Positions 39,837 to 49,063 of a stretch of 54,301 nucleotides of DNA are shown piece after piece. The translations under genes were made by a program, and so were the position numbers. Position 1 is the first letter of the stretch. Each line of letters starts with the position of its first letter. The notes under the pieces were generated by a model. The model did no database searches, was not told the origin of the DNA, and was given only the letters and a program-made list of their open reading frames with translations. Origin of the DNA: a virus (lineage: Duplodnaviria > Caudoviricetes); the IMG/VR virus record IMGVR_UViG_3300033067_001161, positions 1 through 54,301 of that record; one strand, 5' to 3'.

Positions 39837-41570
39837 TTGTCCGATGTGGAGAGAAAACCTGTAGGTAGACCTACAAAAGAAGAATTAATACAGAAAATTG
39901 CATATTATAAAAGTAATCATATTGCGTTTATAAAGGATTTTGGTAGAATTCGTGTTCCTGGGGGAATCATAAGATTTAATATGTTTGATTATCAGGAAGA
40001 ACTTGCAAGAAATCTTCAGGATAATGATTTTAATATTATTTTGAAAGCTAGACAGTTAGGAATTTCTACTATAGTTGGTGCTTATCTAGGAACACATATT
40101 ATATTTCATCCTCAATCGGATATAATTATTATTGCTATTAATGAAGACGTTGCAAAGGAACTAATTTTAAAGATAAAAATATTTTTGGAAGGACTTCCTA
40201 AGTATGTTAGACCTGTTATAACCAATCCTAGAAATAAAGAATCTATAGAATTAGCAAACGGTAGTCGTGTTAAAGCGTTAACATCTACAAGTAAATCTGG
40301 TCGTTCATTTACTGCAAGTTTTCTTGTATTGGATGAAGCGGCTTTTATTGAAAATGTAGATTCATTGTGGGATTCTGCTTATCCTACAGTATCTAATGGT
40401 GGTAGGGCAATATTATTATCAACACCTAATGGTGAAGGTAATTTATTTCATGATATTTGGACTTCTGCTGAGAATGGTGATAATGAATTCAAGGCAACTA
40501 AATTGTATTGGTGGCAAATGCCAGGCCGTGATGAAAAGTGGAAACAAAGAACACTTGCAAATTTACGATACAATATGAAGAAGTTCAGACAAGAGTATGA
40601 ATGTTCGTTTGAAGCTTCATCACAATCTGTAATATCATTAGGAAAGATAAATGCCATACTTAAACGCAATACTGTAGATGGTATTAAAGAGATTCCTAAT
40701 TTTGTTTGTAAATCTGGACAGATATATGAAAATTTAAATGTATATTCTTTACCTATACCAGATCATAAATATTTTTTTTCTGTTGATAGTGCCGAAGGTC
40801 TTGGTGAAGAACGAGATGCTAGTGCTATTATTGGGTTTGATCTGATGGATGACAGTGTTATGTTGGAATTTGCACATAAAGAACTAAATGAAAAACAATT
40901 TTCTAAAGTTCTCATGGATATTGCTGAAACATATAATAATGCATTTATAGTAATAGAACAAAAATCTACTGGTAAAATGATTTCCAATTATTTAATGGAG
41001 TGGAAGTACGAACATATAATATGGACCGACACTAGAATGAGTTTGTATTTAGATCAGTATTCTAAACAAGGTGTTCCAAGTGCATTTCAATACAACAAAT
41101 CTAATAATTTAATTCCTGGATTTAAGACTAATATAAATAATAAAGTTATTGCTGTTAATATAATGAAGAATGCAGTTGAAGAAGACGAGATGACTAAAAT
41201 ATATACTAAAAAAATGTTAGAACAGCAAAAAACATTTATAAGTAAACCTGGGCAGTCTGCTCCTAAGTATGGTGCTAATGGAAAAAATAATGATGACTTA
41301 GTTATGGCATTTGCTATAGGTATGTTCATTAGAAAATATATATGGAATATCATAGAAAATAACAATGTTTTGAATCAACAAATTTTAGATTTTTTTATGC
41401 GAAATACTGAGACAATAGCAGATTCTCAAGTGATGACTGAAGCATCTCTTTTCTCTCCAATATATAATATGAATAAATTTAGAGATAGGGTAAACCCTTA
41501 TAAAAATCCATTATCTGATATGTATGGTGATACTAGATATTTGTTGGAACGATATAAACCTAAAAAATAA
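39837..41570 (+). CDS. terL: Terminase large subunit (gp17-like)
   Basis: FDYQ, LKARQLGIST, VLDEAAFI, LSTPNG, QEYECSF, SVDSAEG, NDDLVMA; TTG start with GGAG. Confidence 0.96.
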   Translation: MSDVERKPVGRPTKEELIQKIAYYKSNHIAFIKDFGRIRVPGGIIRFNMFDYQEELARNLQDNDFNIILKARQLGISTIVGAYLGTHIIFHPQSDIIIIAINEDVAKELILKIKIFLEGLPKYVRPVITNPRNKESIELANGSRVKALTSTSKSGRSFTASFLVLDEAAFIENVDSLWDSAYPTVSNGGRAILLSTPNGEGNLFHDIWTSAENGDNEFKATKLYWWQMPGRDEKWKQRTLANLRYNMKKFRQEYECSFEASSQSVISLGKINAILKRNTVDGIKEIPNFVCKSGQIYENLNVYSLPIPDHKYFFSVDSAEGLGEERDASAIIGFDLMDDSVMLEFAHKELNEKQFSKVLMDIAETYNNAFIVIEQKSTGKMISNYLMEWKYEHIIWTDTRMSLYLDQYSKQGVPSAFQYNKSNNLIPGFKTNINNKVIAVNIMKNAVEEDEMTKIYTKKMLEQQKTFISKPGQSAPKYGANGKNNDDLVMAFAIGMFIRKYIWNIIENNNVLNQQILDFFMRNTETIADSQVMTEASLFSPIYNMNKFRDRVNPYKNPLSDMYGDTRYLLERYKPKK

Positions 41571-41600
41571 TTACAAAACAACAGAAAAACAATAATAAAT

Positions 41601-41615
41601 TATATTTATATAAAA
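41601..41615 (+). promoter_or_regulatory. Putative late promoter TATATTTATATAAAA
   Basis: Exact motif copy before portal. Confidence 0.78.
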
Positions 41616-41628
41616 AAATAGGACTATT

Positions 41629-43464
41629 ATGGCTGATAATGACTTAATGAAAAATTATACTAAAAAGAGACTTGATAAGTATTTTAAACTTCCTGTTATA
41701 AAGAAGTTTTCTCCTATAGTAAAACATTTTGGTACAGCAGGGGGCTCTGGTAATGTAAATCAAAATGGTATGATGATGGGTAGAGCAGGTCAAACTCTAC
41801 AATCTATGGGGTTTTCTCCAATTATCGATAGATTGCAAAGGTATGCAGAGTACGCTGTAATGGATTACACATCGGAATTGCAAGCAGGATTAGATATATT
41901 TTCGGATGATTGTACAACAAAATTTATTGATGGTGATGTATTACATATAAATACAGAAGATAAAATAATTAAAGAAGAATTGGAACATTTGTATTTCGAT
42001 GTTCTTAATGCCAATTTTAATTTGTGGGGATGGGTTAGAGATACATTAAAATTTGGTGATAATTTTGTACTGATGGATTTAGGTTTAGGTCAGGGAGTGT
42101 GTGGAGTTTTACCATTAAGTGTGTATGAAGTGGAACGTGTTGAAGACATTATGGATAAAAATAATCCTATTAAGTTCATAATAAACAATCAAGTTGACAG
42201 AGAATTTAGTATTTGGGAAATTGCACATTTTAGAATGTTTGGCGATAAAGATTTTTATCCGTATGGTAAAAGTATATTAGAATCTGTGCGTAGATATTGG
42301 AGACAATTAACAATGCTTGAAGATGCAATGTTAATTTACAGAATAGTTCGTTCTCCTGAAAGAAGAGTAATTTATGTTGATGTTGGCGGATTACAACCAG
42401 ATGCTGTTGAAGCTTATGTAAATGAAGTTGCCACTACATTAAAAAACATGCCTATAGATGTTGACAATACAGGTAATTTGGATTATAGGTTAAATCCTAT
42501 GTCTATGATGGATGATTATGTTATACCTGTTCGTGGTAAAGACTCTGGAACTAAAATAGATACATTAAAGGGGAGTACACATCTTACCGATATGGCGGAT
42601 ATAAAATATATCCAAAGAAAACTAGTCACATCATTAAAAGTTCCATTGAGATATTTAGGATTGGATGACGAATCTAAATCAGATTTAAAAAACGCCGCCG
42701 CTCAAGAAGATATTAGATTTAGTAGAACTATAGAACGTATTCAAGGAATGATAATTTCTGAATTGAAAAAGATTGGAATTATACATCTAATTTTACGTGG
42801 ATATCCTGATGAATTAGTTGATGGTTTCGAATTACAAATGAAAAATCCATCATCAGCATCTGAAGTTGAAAAACTAGAAGTAATTAAAGAGAAGTTTGGT
42901 ATCGCCGCTGATATTTTAGAAGGTAAGTTAGCTGGTAGAGAATGGGTATATCAAAATATTCTTAACTTTACAGTAGATGAAATAGGAATTATAAATACTC
43001 AATTAGAAGAAGATTATAAGTTTATGTCTAGACTTAACGCTTTTAGTGCTACTTGGGTTAAGAAGTATCAACAAGACGCTGAGAAAGAATATAATATTCA
43101 AAAACCGCAAGATGCATTAGCCGCTGGAATGGGTGGGGCAGGGGAAGAAGAGAATCCTGAAGATGTAGATGTTGCAGGAGATTTCAGATCAAAAAGTATA
43201 GGAGGTGATAATAATGTTGGTAATAGATTGCTAACAAAACCTGCATCATCTACGATCTTAAGACCTTACGAATCTAAAAGTTCCAAATTTAAAGATATAT
43301 CTAATACTAATTTGAAAATACTTACGGAGAGTATTAAACGTAAAAAAAATGGTGAAGAAGAAATAGTTACTAATGCTGGAGAACTTCTACAAAGTCTTAT
43401 GTATAGAAATAATGCTATAATCGATGAAGTTAAACAATTTATTGATGATGAAAATATTGATTAA
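41629..43464 (+). CDS. Portal protein (gp20-like)
   Basis: PYGKSILE, QLTMLEDAMLIYRIVRSPERRVIYVDVG, DYVIPVRG..GTKIDTLKG, QEDIRFSRTIERIQ. Confidence 0.96.
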   Translation: MADNDLMKNYTKKRLDKYFKLPVIKKFSPIVKHFGTAGGSGNVNQNGMMMGRAGQTLQSMGFSPIIDRLQRYAEYAVMDYTSELQAGLDIFSDDCTTKFIDGDVLHINTEDKIIKEELEHLYFDVLNANFNLWGWVRDTLKFGDNFVLMDLGLGQGVCGVLPLSVYEVERVEDIMDKNNPIKFIINNQVDREFSIWEIAHFRMFGDKDFYPYGKSILESVRRYWRQLTMLEDAMLIYRIVRSPERRVIYVDVGGLQPDAVEAYVNEVATTLKNMPIDVDNTGNLDYRLNPMSMMDDYVIPVRGKDSGTKIDTLKGSTHLTDMADIKYIQRKLVTSLKVPLRYLGLDDESKSDLKNAAAQEDIRFSRTIERIQGMIISELKKIGIIHLILRGYPDELVDGFELQMKNPSSASEVEKLEVIKEKFGIAADILEGKLAGREWVYQNILNFTVDEIGIINTQLEEDYKFMSRLNAFSATWVKKYQQDAEKEYNIQKPQDALAAGMGGAGEEENPEDVDVAGDFRSKSIGGDNNVGNRLLTKPASSTILRPYESKSSKFKDISNTNLKILTESIKRKKNGEEEIVTNAGELLQSLMYRNNAIIDEVKQFIDDENID

Positions 43465-43490
43465 ACTAACTGAAAATATATTGTAATTTC

Positions 43491-43504
43491 ATATTTATAT
43501 AAAA
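43491..43504 (+). promoter_or_regulatory. Putative late promoter ATATTTATATAAAA
   Basis: 14/15 motif match. Confidence 0.72.
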
Positions 43505-43516
43505 AAGAGAAAAATA

Positions 43517-44377
43517 GTGAAGATAGTACATAATAAACGTGCAAATTTGGGATTAATATTCGAATACTTATTACAAGAAATTGTAGAAAGTATAGTGCAT
43601 AAAAATTATAATAAGAAAAATAAACTTATTAATATAGTTACTAAGTATTTTTATAAAAATCCTTTACTTAAAGAAGAGTTTGCAGTTTTTACTGCATTAT
43701 TGAATGGTGATTATCCCGATAAGGATGAAGCCAGAAAATATTTAGTGGAATGTTTGAAAATAGTAGAATCTTTAAAGGATAATTTGCAAGAACGAAAAGA
43801 AGTTAAGCAAAAATTGTTAGAAGAAATTTATAGTGTTGTGGATAAGAATACTTTCTTTGAACATAATATTAAAAATTATACGGTTTATTCTACTATAAAT
43901 TTAATATTGGATTATTATAGTAAAAATAAAAAAATAAATGATATTCATTCATTGATAGAGTTAGAACGATCTTTATTAGAACATATACGAGACAATAAAG
44001 TAAAACATTATAATAAAGAAATAGCACAAAAAATGATTGTTGAAGCAACTCAGGATAGTTTAGATGAAAATGCTCAACTTATTGCTATGATTAAATATAG
44101 AAGTAATTTTTATAATAAATTAAACGAGCAACAAAAAGAAATTTTAGATTTCTATATTTCCACATCAGATGAATCTCTAATAGAAAATAAGTTAAATAAA
44201 CACTTTAGAGCAAATCATAGTGAAATGAAAAAGAAATTTTTAACTGAAACCGTGACATATACTAAAGAAAAACTTAAAGATGCTTTAACTTTGTTTGAAC
44301 AAACATATAAGTCATCTAAAACTGTCGAAGATAAATTAAAAATAGTTCTTGATAGTTTTTTTGTTTTAGGGGAATAA
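43517..44377 (+). CDS. Conserved head-module helical protein
   Basis: GTG start; KIVHNKRANLGLIFEYL; follows portal. Confidence 0.7.
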   Translation: MKIVHNKRANLGLIFEYLLQEIVESIVHKNYNKKNKLINIVTKYFYKNPLLKEEFAVFTALLNGDYPDKDEARKYLVECLKIVESLKDNLQERKEVKQKLLEEIYSVVDKNTFFEHNIKNYTVYSTINLILDYYSKNKKINDIHSLIELERSLLEHIRDNKVKHYNKEIAQKMIVEATQDSLDENAQLIAMIKYRSNFYNKLNEQQKEILDFYISTSDESLIENKLNKHFRANHSEMKKKFLTETVTYTKEKLKDALTLFEQTYKSSKTVEDKLKIVLDSFFVLGE

Positions 44378-44383
44378 TTTAAA

Positions 44384-44707
44384 GTGAAAGTGAATTTATT
44401 AAAATTATTATCTGAAATGAAAGTTACTGAGGATACAGGGGCTGGTGCAGTAGCTGGATTTTCTGCTCCTATGGGAGATAAAAATTCCATAGTTAAGAAA
44501 AAGAATATAGATGAAGACGATAAATCATCATTGGATAAGCAAGATACTGAATCTTTTGATGGCAAAAATTTTGAAATTACTAAATCATATAGAGGACCTA
44601 ACAAAGGATATACTCTTATGATACGTCAAAAAGAAGGTAATGGAACTATATTTGCAAGTAATGAAAAGGTTCAACAAATTTTGAATTATATAGAATCAAA
44701 TTTTTAA
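44384..44707 (+). CDS. Putative prohead core protein
   Basis: LSE/VTE sites, EDTGAGAVAGFSAPMG; between portal and protease. Confidence 0.55.
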   Translation: MKVNLLKLLSEMKVTEDTGAGAVAGFSAPMGDKNSIVKKKNIDEDDKSSLDKQDTESFDGKNFEITKSYRGPNKGYTLMIRQKEGNGTIFASNEKVQQILNYIESNF

Positions 44708-44719
44708 TAGGAAAATTTA

Positions 44720-45391
44720 ATGGATAAAGGTGCACCAAGATTATTAGTTGATACCATATCATATTTTGATATGGATAAAAATTTTGTAGATAATCAGATC
44801 AAAAACAATAATGGAGAACTTATCCTTACAGGGATATTGCAAAGGGCAGATGCTCCTAATCAGAATGGGAGAATATATCCTAGATGGATTTTAGAAAGAG
44901 AAGTAAATAAGTTATTGCCTTTAATAAAGGATAATCAGATAGTTGGACAATTAGATCACCCAGATTCAGCAATAGTAGAGTTTGATACTGCATCTGTTAA
45001 AATATTAGATTTATGGTGGGAAACCAATAATCTTATGGGCAAAGTTCAAATATTAAAAGGACATCCATCTGGAGATAAGGTAGTTTCGTTAGTTAATAAT
45101 AAAGTTAAAATAGGAATATCATCTAGAGCTTTGGGAAGTACTGTTAAAGCGAGTATGACCGAAGAGTTTTCGCAATATGGTGATATGGATGTTGTTACCG
45201 AAGATTTGAATTTAATCACATGGGATGTAGTTTCTAATCCATCTACTCATGGTGCTTTTTTAGTTACAGAAAATATGATTATGGAGTGGAATAGTAAATA
45301 TCTGAATTCCAAAATAAATAATAATACCTATCAACCTACAGCGTTAGATAGAAAGTTAATATATTTTATAAATAAGTACAATGGTGAATAA
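44720..45391 (+). CDS. Prohead protease (gp21-like)
   Basis: GILQRA..PNQNGRIYP, GQLDHP, IGISSRALGS, WDVVSNPSTHGAF. Confidence 0.95.
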   Translation: MDKGAPRLLVDTISYFDMDKNFVDNQIKNNNGELILTGILQRADAPNQNGRIYPRWILEREVNKLLPLIKDNQIVGQLDHPDSAIVEFDTASVKILDLWWETNNLMGKVQILKGHPSGDKVVSLVNNKVKIGISSRALGSTVKASMTEEFSQYGDMDVVTEDLNLITWDVVSNPSTHGAFLVTENMIMEWNSKYLNSKINNNTYQPTALDRKLIYFINKYNGE

Positions 45392-45976
45392 ATGAAATTG
45401 TCTGAGAAGCAAATAGAGTTTGCGGAATTTATGATTCAGAATATAGTCCAAGCAGTATCTCCAGTTATAAAAAAATACATAGATGAATCTATAAATACTG
45501 CTAAGAAACAAGTTTTAGCAGAAGTTAAAAAGATGGGAGCTGTTCCATCTGATGTTAATTGGAAACGCAAATCCGAAAAAATTAGAGAGAACACTCAAAA
45601 TATTGCTAGTAGTTTATTTTTTAATGATGATAGTTCTAAATTTGTTGACCCGTTAAATGTTGCATTTGGTGGCGGAGATTCCGAATTAAATCAAGCATTA
45701 AATGAGATGAAAAGATTATCTCCTAAAGTAGATAATAATATACTAGGTTTAGATTTATCTAGTGGAAAACCTACAGAATATTCAAATGTTAGTTTGGATA
45801 CTAAATTGGGATTAGATTTTACTATTCCTGATGTGATGGTTGAAAATGTTACTATAGAAAGTATACAAGATAAAGCTCAAAGAGTAAATGAAGCAATAAT
45901 TAATGGTACACATAATCCTATGCGTGATATTATGTCAGAACTACAAAATAAAGACTATTCAAAATTTCTAGAATAA
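45392..45976 (+). CDS. Hypothetical head-module protein
   Basis: Adjacent to protease; several [ILV]-x-E sites; ends KDYSKFLE. Confidence 0.65.
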   Translation: MKLSEKQIEFAEFMIQNIVQAVSPVIKKYIDESINTAKKQVLAEVKKMGAVPSDVNWKRKSEKIRENTQNIASSLFFNDDSSKFVDPLNVAFGGGDSELNQALNEMKRLSPKVDNNILGLDLSSGKPTEYSNVSLDTKLGLDFTIPDVMVENVTIESIQDKAQRVNEAIINGTHNPMRDIMSELQNKDYSKFLE

Positions 45977-45977
45977 C

Positions 45978-47180
45978 ATGAGTCTTACAGTAGACATAGC
46001 AAAAAAAATTGGTGATGAACTTGGTGTAGAGTGGAATAAGATGACACCCGAACAATGGTTTGATGCTATGAAGATAGAATTAGAGCATAAAGATATTTTA
46101 AAAAATCCTAATAATCCTACAAATGAAGACTTTAAAACAATTGGTAAAATTGTTTTTGCTCATTTAAAAGAGTCTTATGATTATTATGATAAACTAAAAA
46201 AGATGGAAAAAACTATGAAAGAATCTGTTGATCTTACGAAGCAATTGGCTAAAAAAGTTGGGAGTAGATTAGGTGTTAATTGGAAAGTAGTATCGTTGGA
46301 TAATTTCATGAAAGCTATGAAAAAATATGAAACTATTTATAGGGCAGAATCTAATTCTGCAGAATTAGATGTTGATGATTATATGAAAATTGGTAAATTT
46401 GCTAAACAAAGTATTAATGAATATAGACTGCGACAATTAGTATCCACAGTTATTAAAGAATCATTAGATAATCCTGACTTTTATCATAGATTAAAATATG
46501 AAGTTAATAAGGGTGATGAACATTACGAATTAGAGTATAATAAAATATTAGGAAAATATGGTGTTGATAGTCCTGATCAATTAGATGAAAAGTCTAGAGA
46601 AGAATTTTATACGGAGTTGGATAATGGATTAAAAGGTCACGTAGAACCTGTGATGGAACAATTTAATTTTACTAAATTTAATCAATTACTAAAAGAAGGT
46701 AAAATTCATCGTGGCAAATTATTTAAAGAACATGGTATATTTTTTACTTTTCCTGAAATAGCATTATTGGAAATTGCTCCTCCTGGACGTGAAGACCAAG
46801 TTAAAAAACTAAAGCAAAAATTTCCAAAAGATGTAGCATATAAAATTGCTTGGTCACAATCTTCCGATGCAAAATCTAAAGATAATCCCGAAGGCGAACC
46901 TGTGGGTGATGGTGATGGTGTCGGTGAAAATGATAAAACAGTTTTAATGCCACCAGATTTTGAGACGGAAAAGAAAATTAAAGAAGCAGAAGTGATAGAA
47001 CCAGATGTTAAGGATAAAGATTTTATAAAAGAAAAAGATGTAGAAAATGAAATTGCATTTTCAACAGGTCTTAATTCTGATAGGTACGATAAAACACCTA
47101 CAGGGGATAGATTTGTTAAAGCACCAGGACAATATAGTGATGGTTCTGAAACTAAAAAAGGACTTAGAAGTAAAGTATAA
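45978..47180 (+). CDS. Modular internal head protein with duplicated DUF5661-like domain
   Basis: IGDELGVEW..MKIELEH..KIVFAHLKESYDYYDKLKKME, degenerate second copy; KYGVDSPDQLDEKSREEFY; PPGREDQVKKLK. Confidence 0.65.
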   Translation: MSLTVDIAKKIGDELGVEWNKMTPEQWFDAMKIELEHKDILKNPNNPTNEDFKTIGKIVFAHLKESYDYYDKLKKMEKTMKESVDLTKQLAKKVGSRLGVNWKVVSLDNFMKAMKKYETIYRAESNSAELDVDDYMKIGKFAKQSINEYRLRQLVSTVIKESLDNPDFYHRLKYEVNKGDEHYELEYNKILGKYGVDSPDQLDEKSREEFYTELDNGLKGHVEPVMEQFNFTKFNQLLKEGKIHRGKLFKEHGIFFTFPEIALLEIAPPGREDQVKKLKQKFPKDVAYKIAWSQSSDAKSKDNPEGEPVGDGDGVGENDKTVLMPPDFETEKKIKEAEVIEPDVKDKDFIKEKDVENEIAFSTGLNSDRYDKTPTGDRFVKAPGQYSDGSETKKGLRSKV

Positions 47181-47191
47181 CTGGAAAAACA

Positions 47192-47506
47192 ATGCCTAAT
47201 GTAGATGAAACATATATAAGAAAATCTCAAAGAACAAAATATGACGTTTCTCATTTATTTCTTACAGATTTAGAATATATAATGAGTGAAGCAAATGATA
47301 CTATTTTAGCATTTACTAATAATGGTGATATAACTATTTATTTGGAAAATTATTATATTGACGGAAAATCCGTTCAGATAAAAAATATGGGAAGTGGTAA
47401 AGTATATATAAAAACTAAAAGTGATCATGCATTAGTTTATACTCTTAATACTCCACAATCAAGAGTGGAATTACAATTTACCAAAGGACATTGGTATTAT
47501 TTTTAA
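47192..47506 (+). CDS. Small beta-sandwich, fibre-tip-like protein
   Basis: DITIYL...GKSVQIKNMGSGKVYI...TLNT..SRVEL..GHW pattern. Confidence 0.5.
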   Translation: MPNVDETYIRKSQRTKYDVSHLFLTDLEYIMSEANDTILAFTNNGDITIYLENYYIDGKSVQIKNMGSGKVYIKTKSDHALVYTLNTPQSRVELQFTKGHWYYF

Positions 47507-47518
47507 GAAAGATTAATT

Positions 47519-48787
47519 ATGAAAAAAATAATAATATTATTATTATTGGCTATATTTTCAATTCAATTATTTTCTCAAAGTTCTGATGAAAAATATGAGA
47601 GATATGTGGGGTATAAGGATGGTTCATATCCTTTAACTTTGGATGGAGTCGAATCTGCTATTTTATCTCTTTCAGATAGTGGTGTTATATATATTGCATA
47701 TCCTGGAATAGATACTACTGGTTTAGGTATTATACCAGATAATATCCATTTGCAAGGGTGGATACAATCTCAATATATACCTACATTAACTAATAATGTT
47801 TTCTTTAAGAAATTTAATACAGTTTTATATGTATCAAATAATTATACTACAAATACATCTATAAATGAATATCAGACTATTGCTTCTGCTCTTGCTAATT
47901 ATAGTCCAGGTGATATTATAATGCTTGCACCAGAATATTTTGATGAAGATGTAACTATTAGTATTGACAGTGTTCATATACAAGGATTGAATAAATATTT
48001 AAGTAAAATTAAAAGTTTAACTGTAACTGGTGGTTATTGTTGGTTGGAAAATTTTGCAGTTAATGGTATCGCTACATTTACAAGTCAAAAATCAAATGTG
48101 GGGCATTGGAATTTTATTAATAATTCTAAATTAGAAAATGTAATATTTTTAAGTGCTTTAAATTTGGGAACTGATGTAGTTACACTTACGGAAAATATGA
48201 TTATTAAAAGTTGCGGTGTCTATGGTGGTGGGCAAATAAATATTAATTTACCAACTAGTAGTGCTATATATTTATATGATATGGATATACGACCATCTAC
48301 ATCTACAAGATCAAGCCTATACTTATATGGTGGCTCAACCACTTTTGAAAAAGGTAATGCCCTTTATTTTGATAGTATAGCTTATGTTAATCCAGACAAG
48401 TATACACATTTATTTTTTTCTCACTGTAATCCATTAAGAATATCTGATATGTCATTAGTTACAAGTACTCAATTCCATATTCTTGTGTTTGATTTTTGTC
48501 GGTTCGATTGGGGAGATTATCAAGTAGCAGGTAGTTTCACTTTTACTGGGATTTTTGAATTAGATATTATAAATAGTAGTCCAACATTATTTAAGAATAT
48601 AGTATTTAATTCGACTGGGAACAGTAGAATGATGAATATGCAACAAAGAGGTTGGCAATCAACAAGTCAAATAAGTGGAACAGGGTTAAGTAACTTAAGA
48701 ATATATAGTTCAAGTTTATCTGGTACAGTTCCCGATGGATTAGGCGCTGATGAAAACAATAATTGGTCAGCATTTATGGATAATTAA
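47519..48787 (+). CDS. Secreted pectin-lyase-like beta-helix protein
   Basis: Sec signal peptide MKKIIILLLLAIFSIQLFS-Q; YQTIASAL...GDIIMLAPEYFDEDVTI beta-helix cap. Confidence 0.65.
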   Translation: MKKIIILLLLAIFSIQLFSQSSDEKYERYVGYKDGSYPLTLDGVESAILSLSDSGVIYIAYPGIDTTGLGIIPDNIHLQGWIQSQYIPTLTNNVFFKKFNTVLYVSNNYTTNTSINEYQTIASALANYSPGDIIMLAPEYFDEDVTISIDSVHIQGLNKYLSKIKSLTVTGGYCWLENFAVNGIATFTSQKSNVGHWNFINNSKLENVIFLSALNLGTDVVTLTENMIIKSCGVYGGGQININLPTSSAIYLYDMDIRPSTSTRSSLYLYGGSTTFEKGNALYFDSIAYVNPDKYTHLFFSHCNPLRISDMSLVTSTQFHILVFDFCRFDWGDYQVAGSFTFTGIFELDIINSSPTLFKNIVFNSTGNSRMMNMQQRGWQSTSQISGTGLSNLRIYSSSLSGTVPDGLGADENNNWSAFMDN

Positions 48788-48835
48788 AGAAAATAAGATG
48801 AAAAAACTAATAATAACAAATATGACGGAGTATGT

Positions 48836-49060
48836 ATGGCAATTGTAATAAAACCTAGAAATCCTATAGTTAAAGGTGAAGAAGGACGAAAGGAATTAGA
48901 CAGAGCATTAAAGGCGTTTAAGAAAAAAGTTAAAGATAGTCAGATATTGAAAATATATCATGACAAAATGTATTATGAAAAACCGTCTGTTAAGAACAGA
49001 CACGAAAGACTTATTGGTAAGTACAGAGCACAACAAGAGACATTACGCAACAAGGATTAG
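48836..49060 (+). CDS. rpsU: Phage-encoded ribosomal protein bS21
   Basis: ELDRALKAFKKKVKDSQIL..YYEKPSVK: bS21 signature; 74 aa, basic. Confidence 0.9.
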   Translation: MAIVIKPRNPIVKGEEGRKELDRALKAFKKKVKDSQILKIYHDKMYYEKPSVKNRHERLIGKYRAQQETLRNKD

Positions 49061-49063
49061 AAA

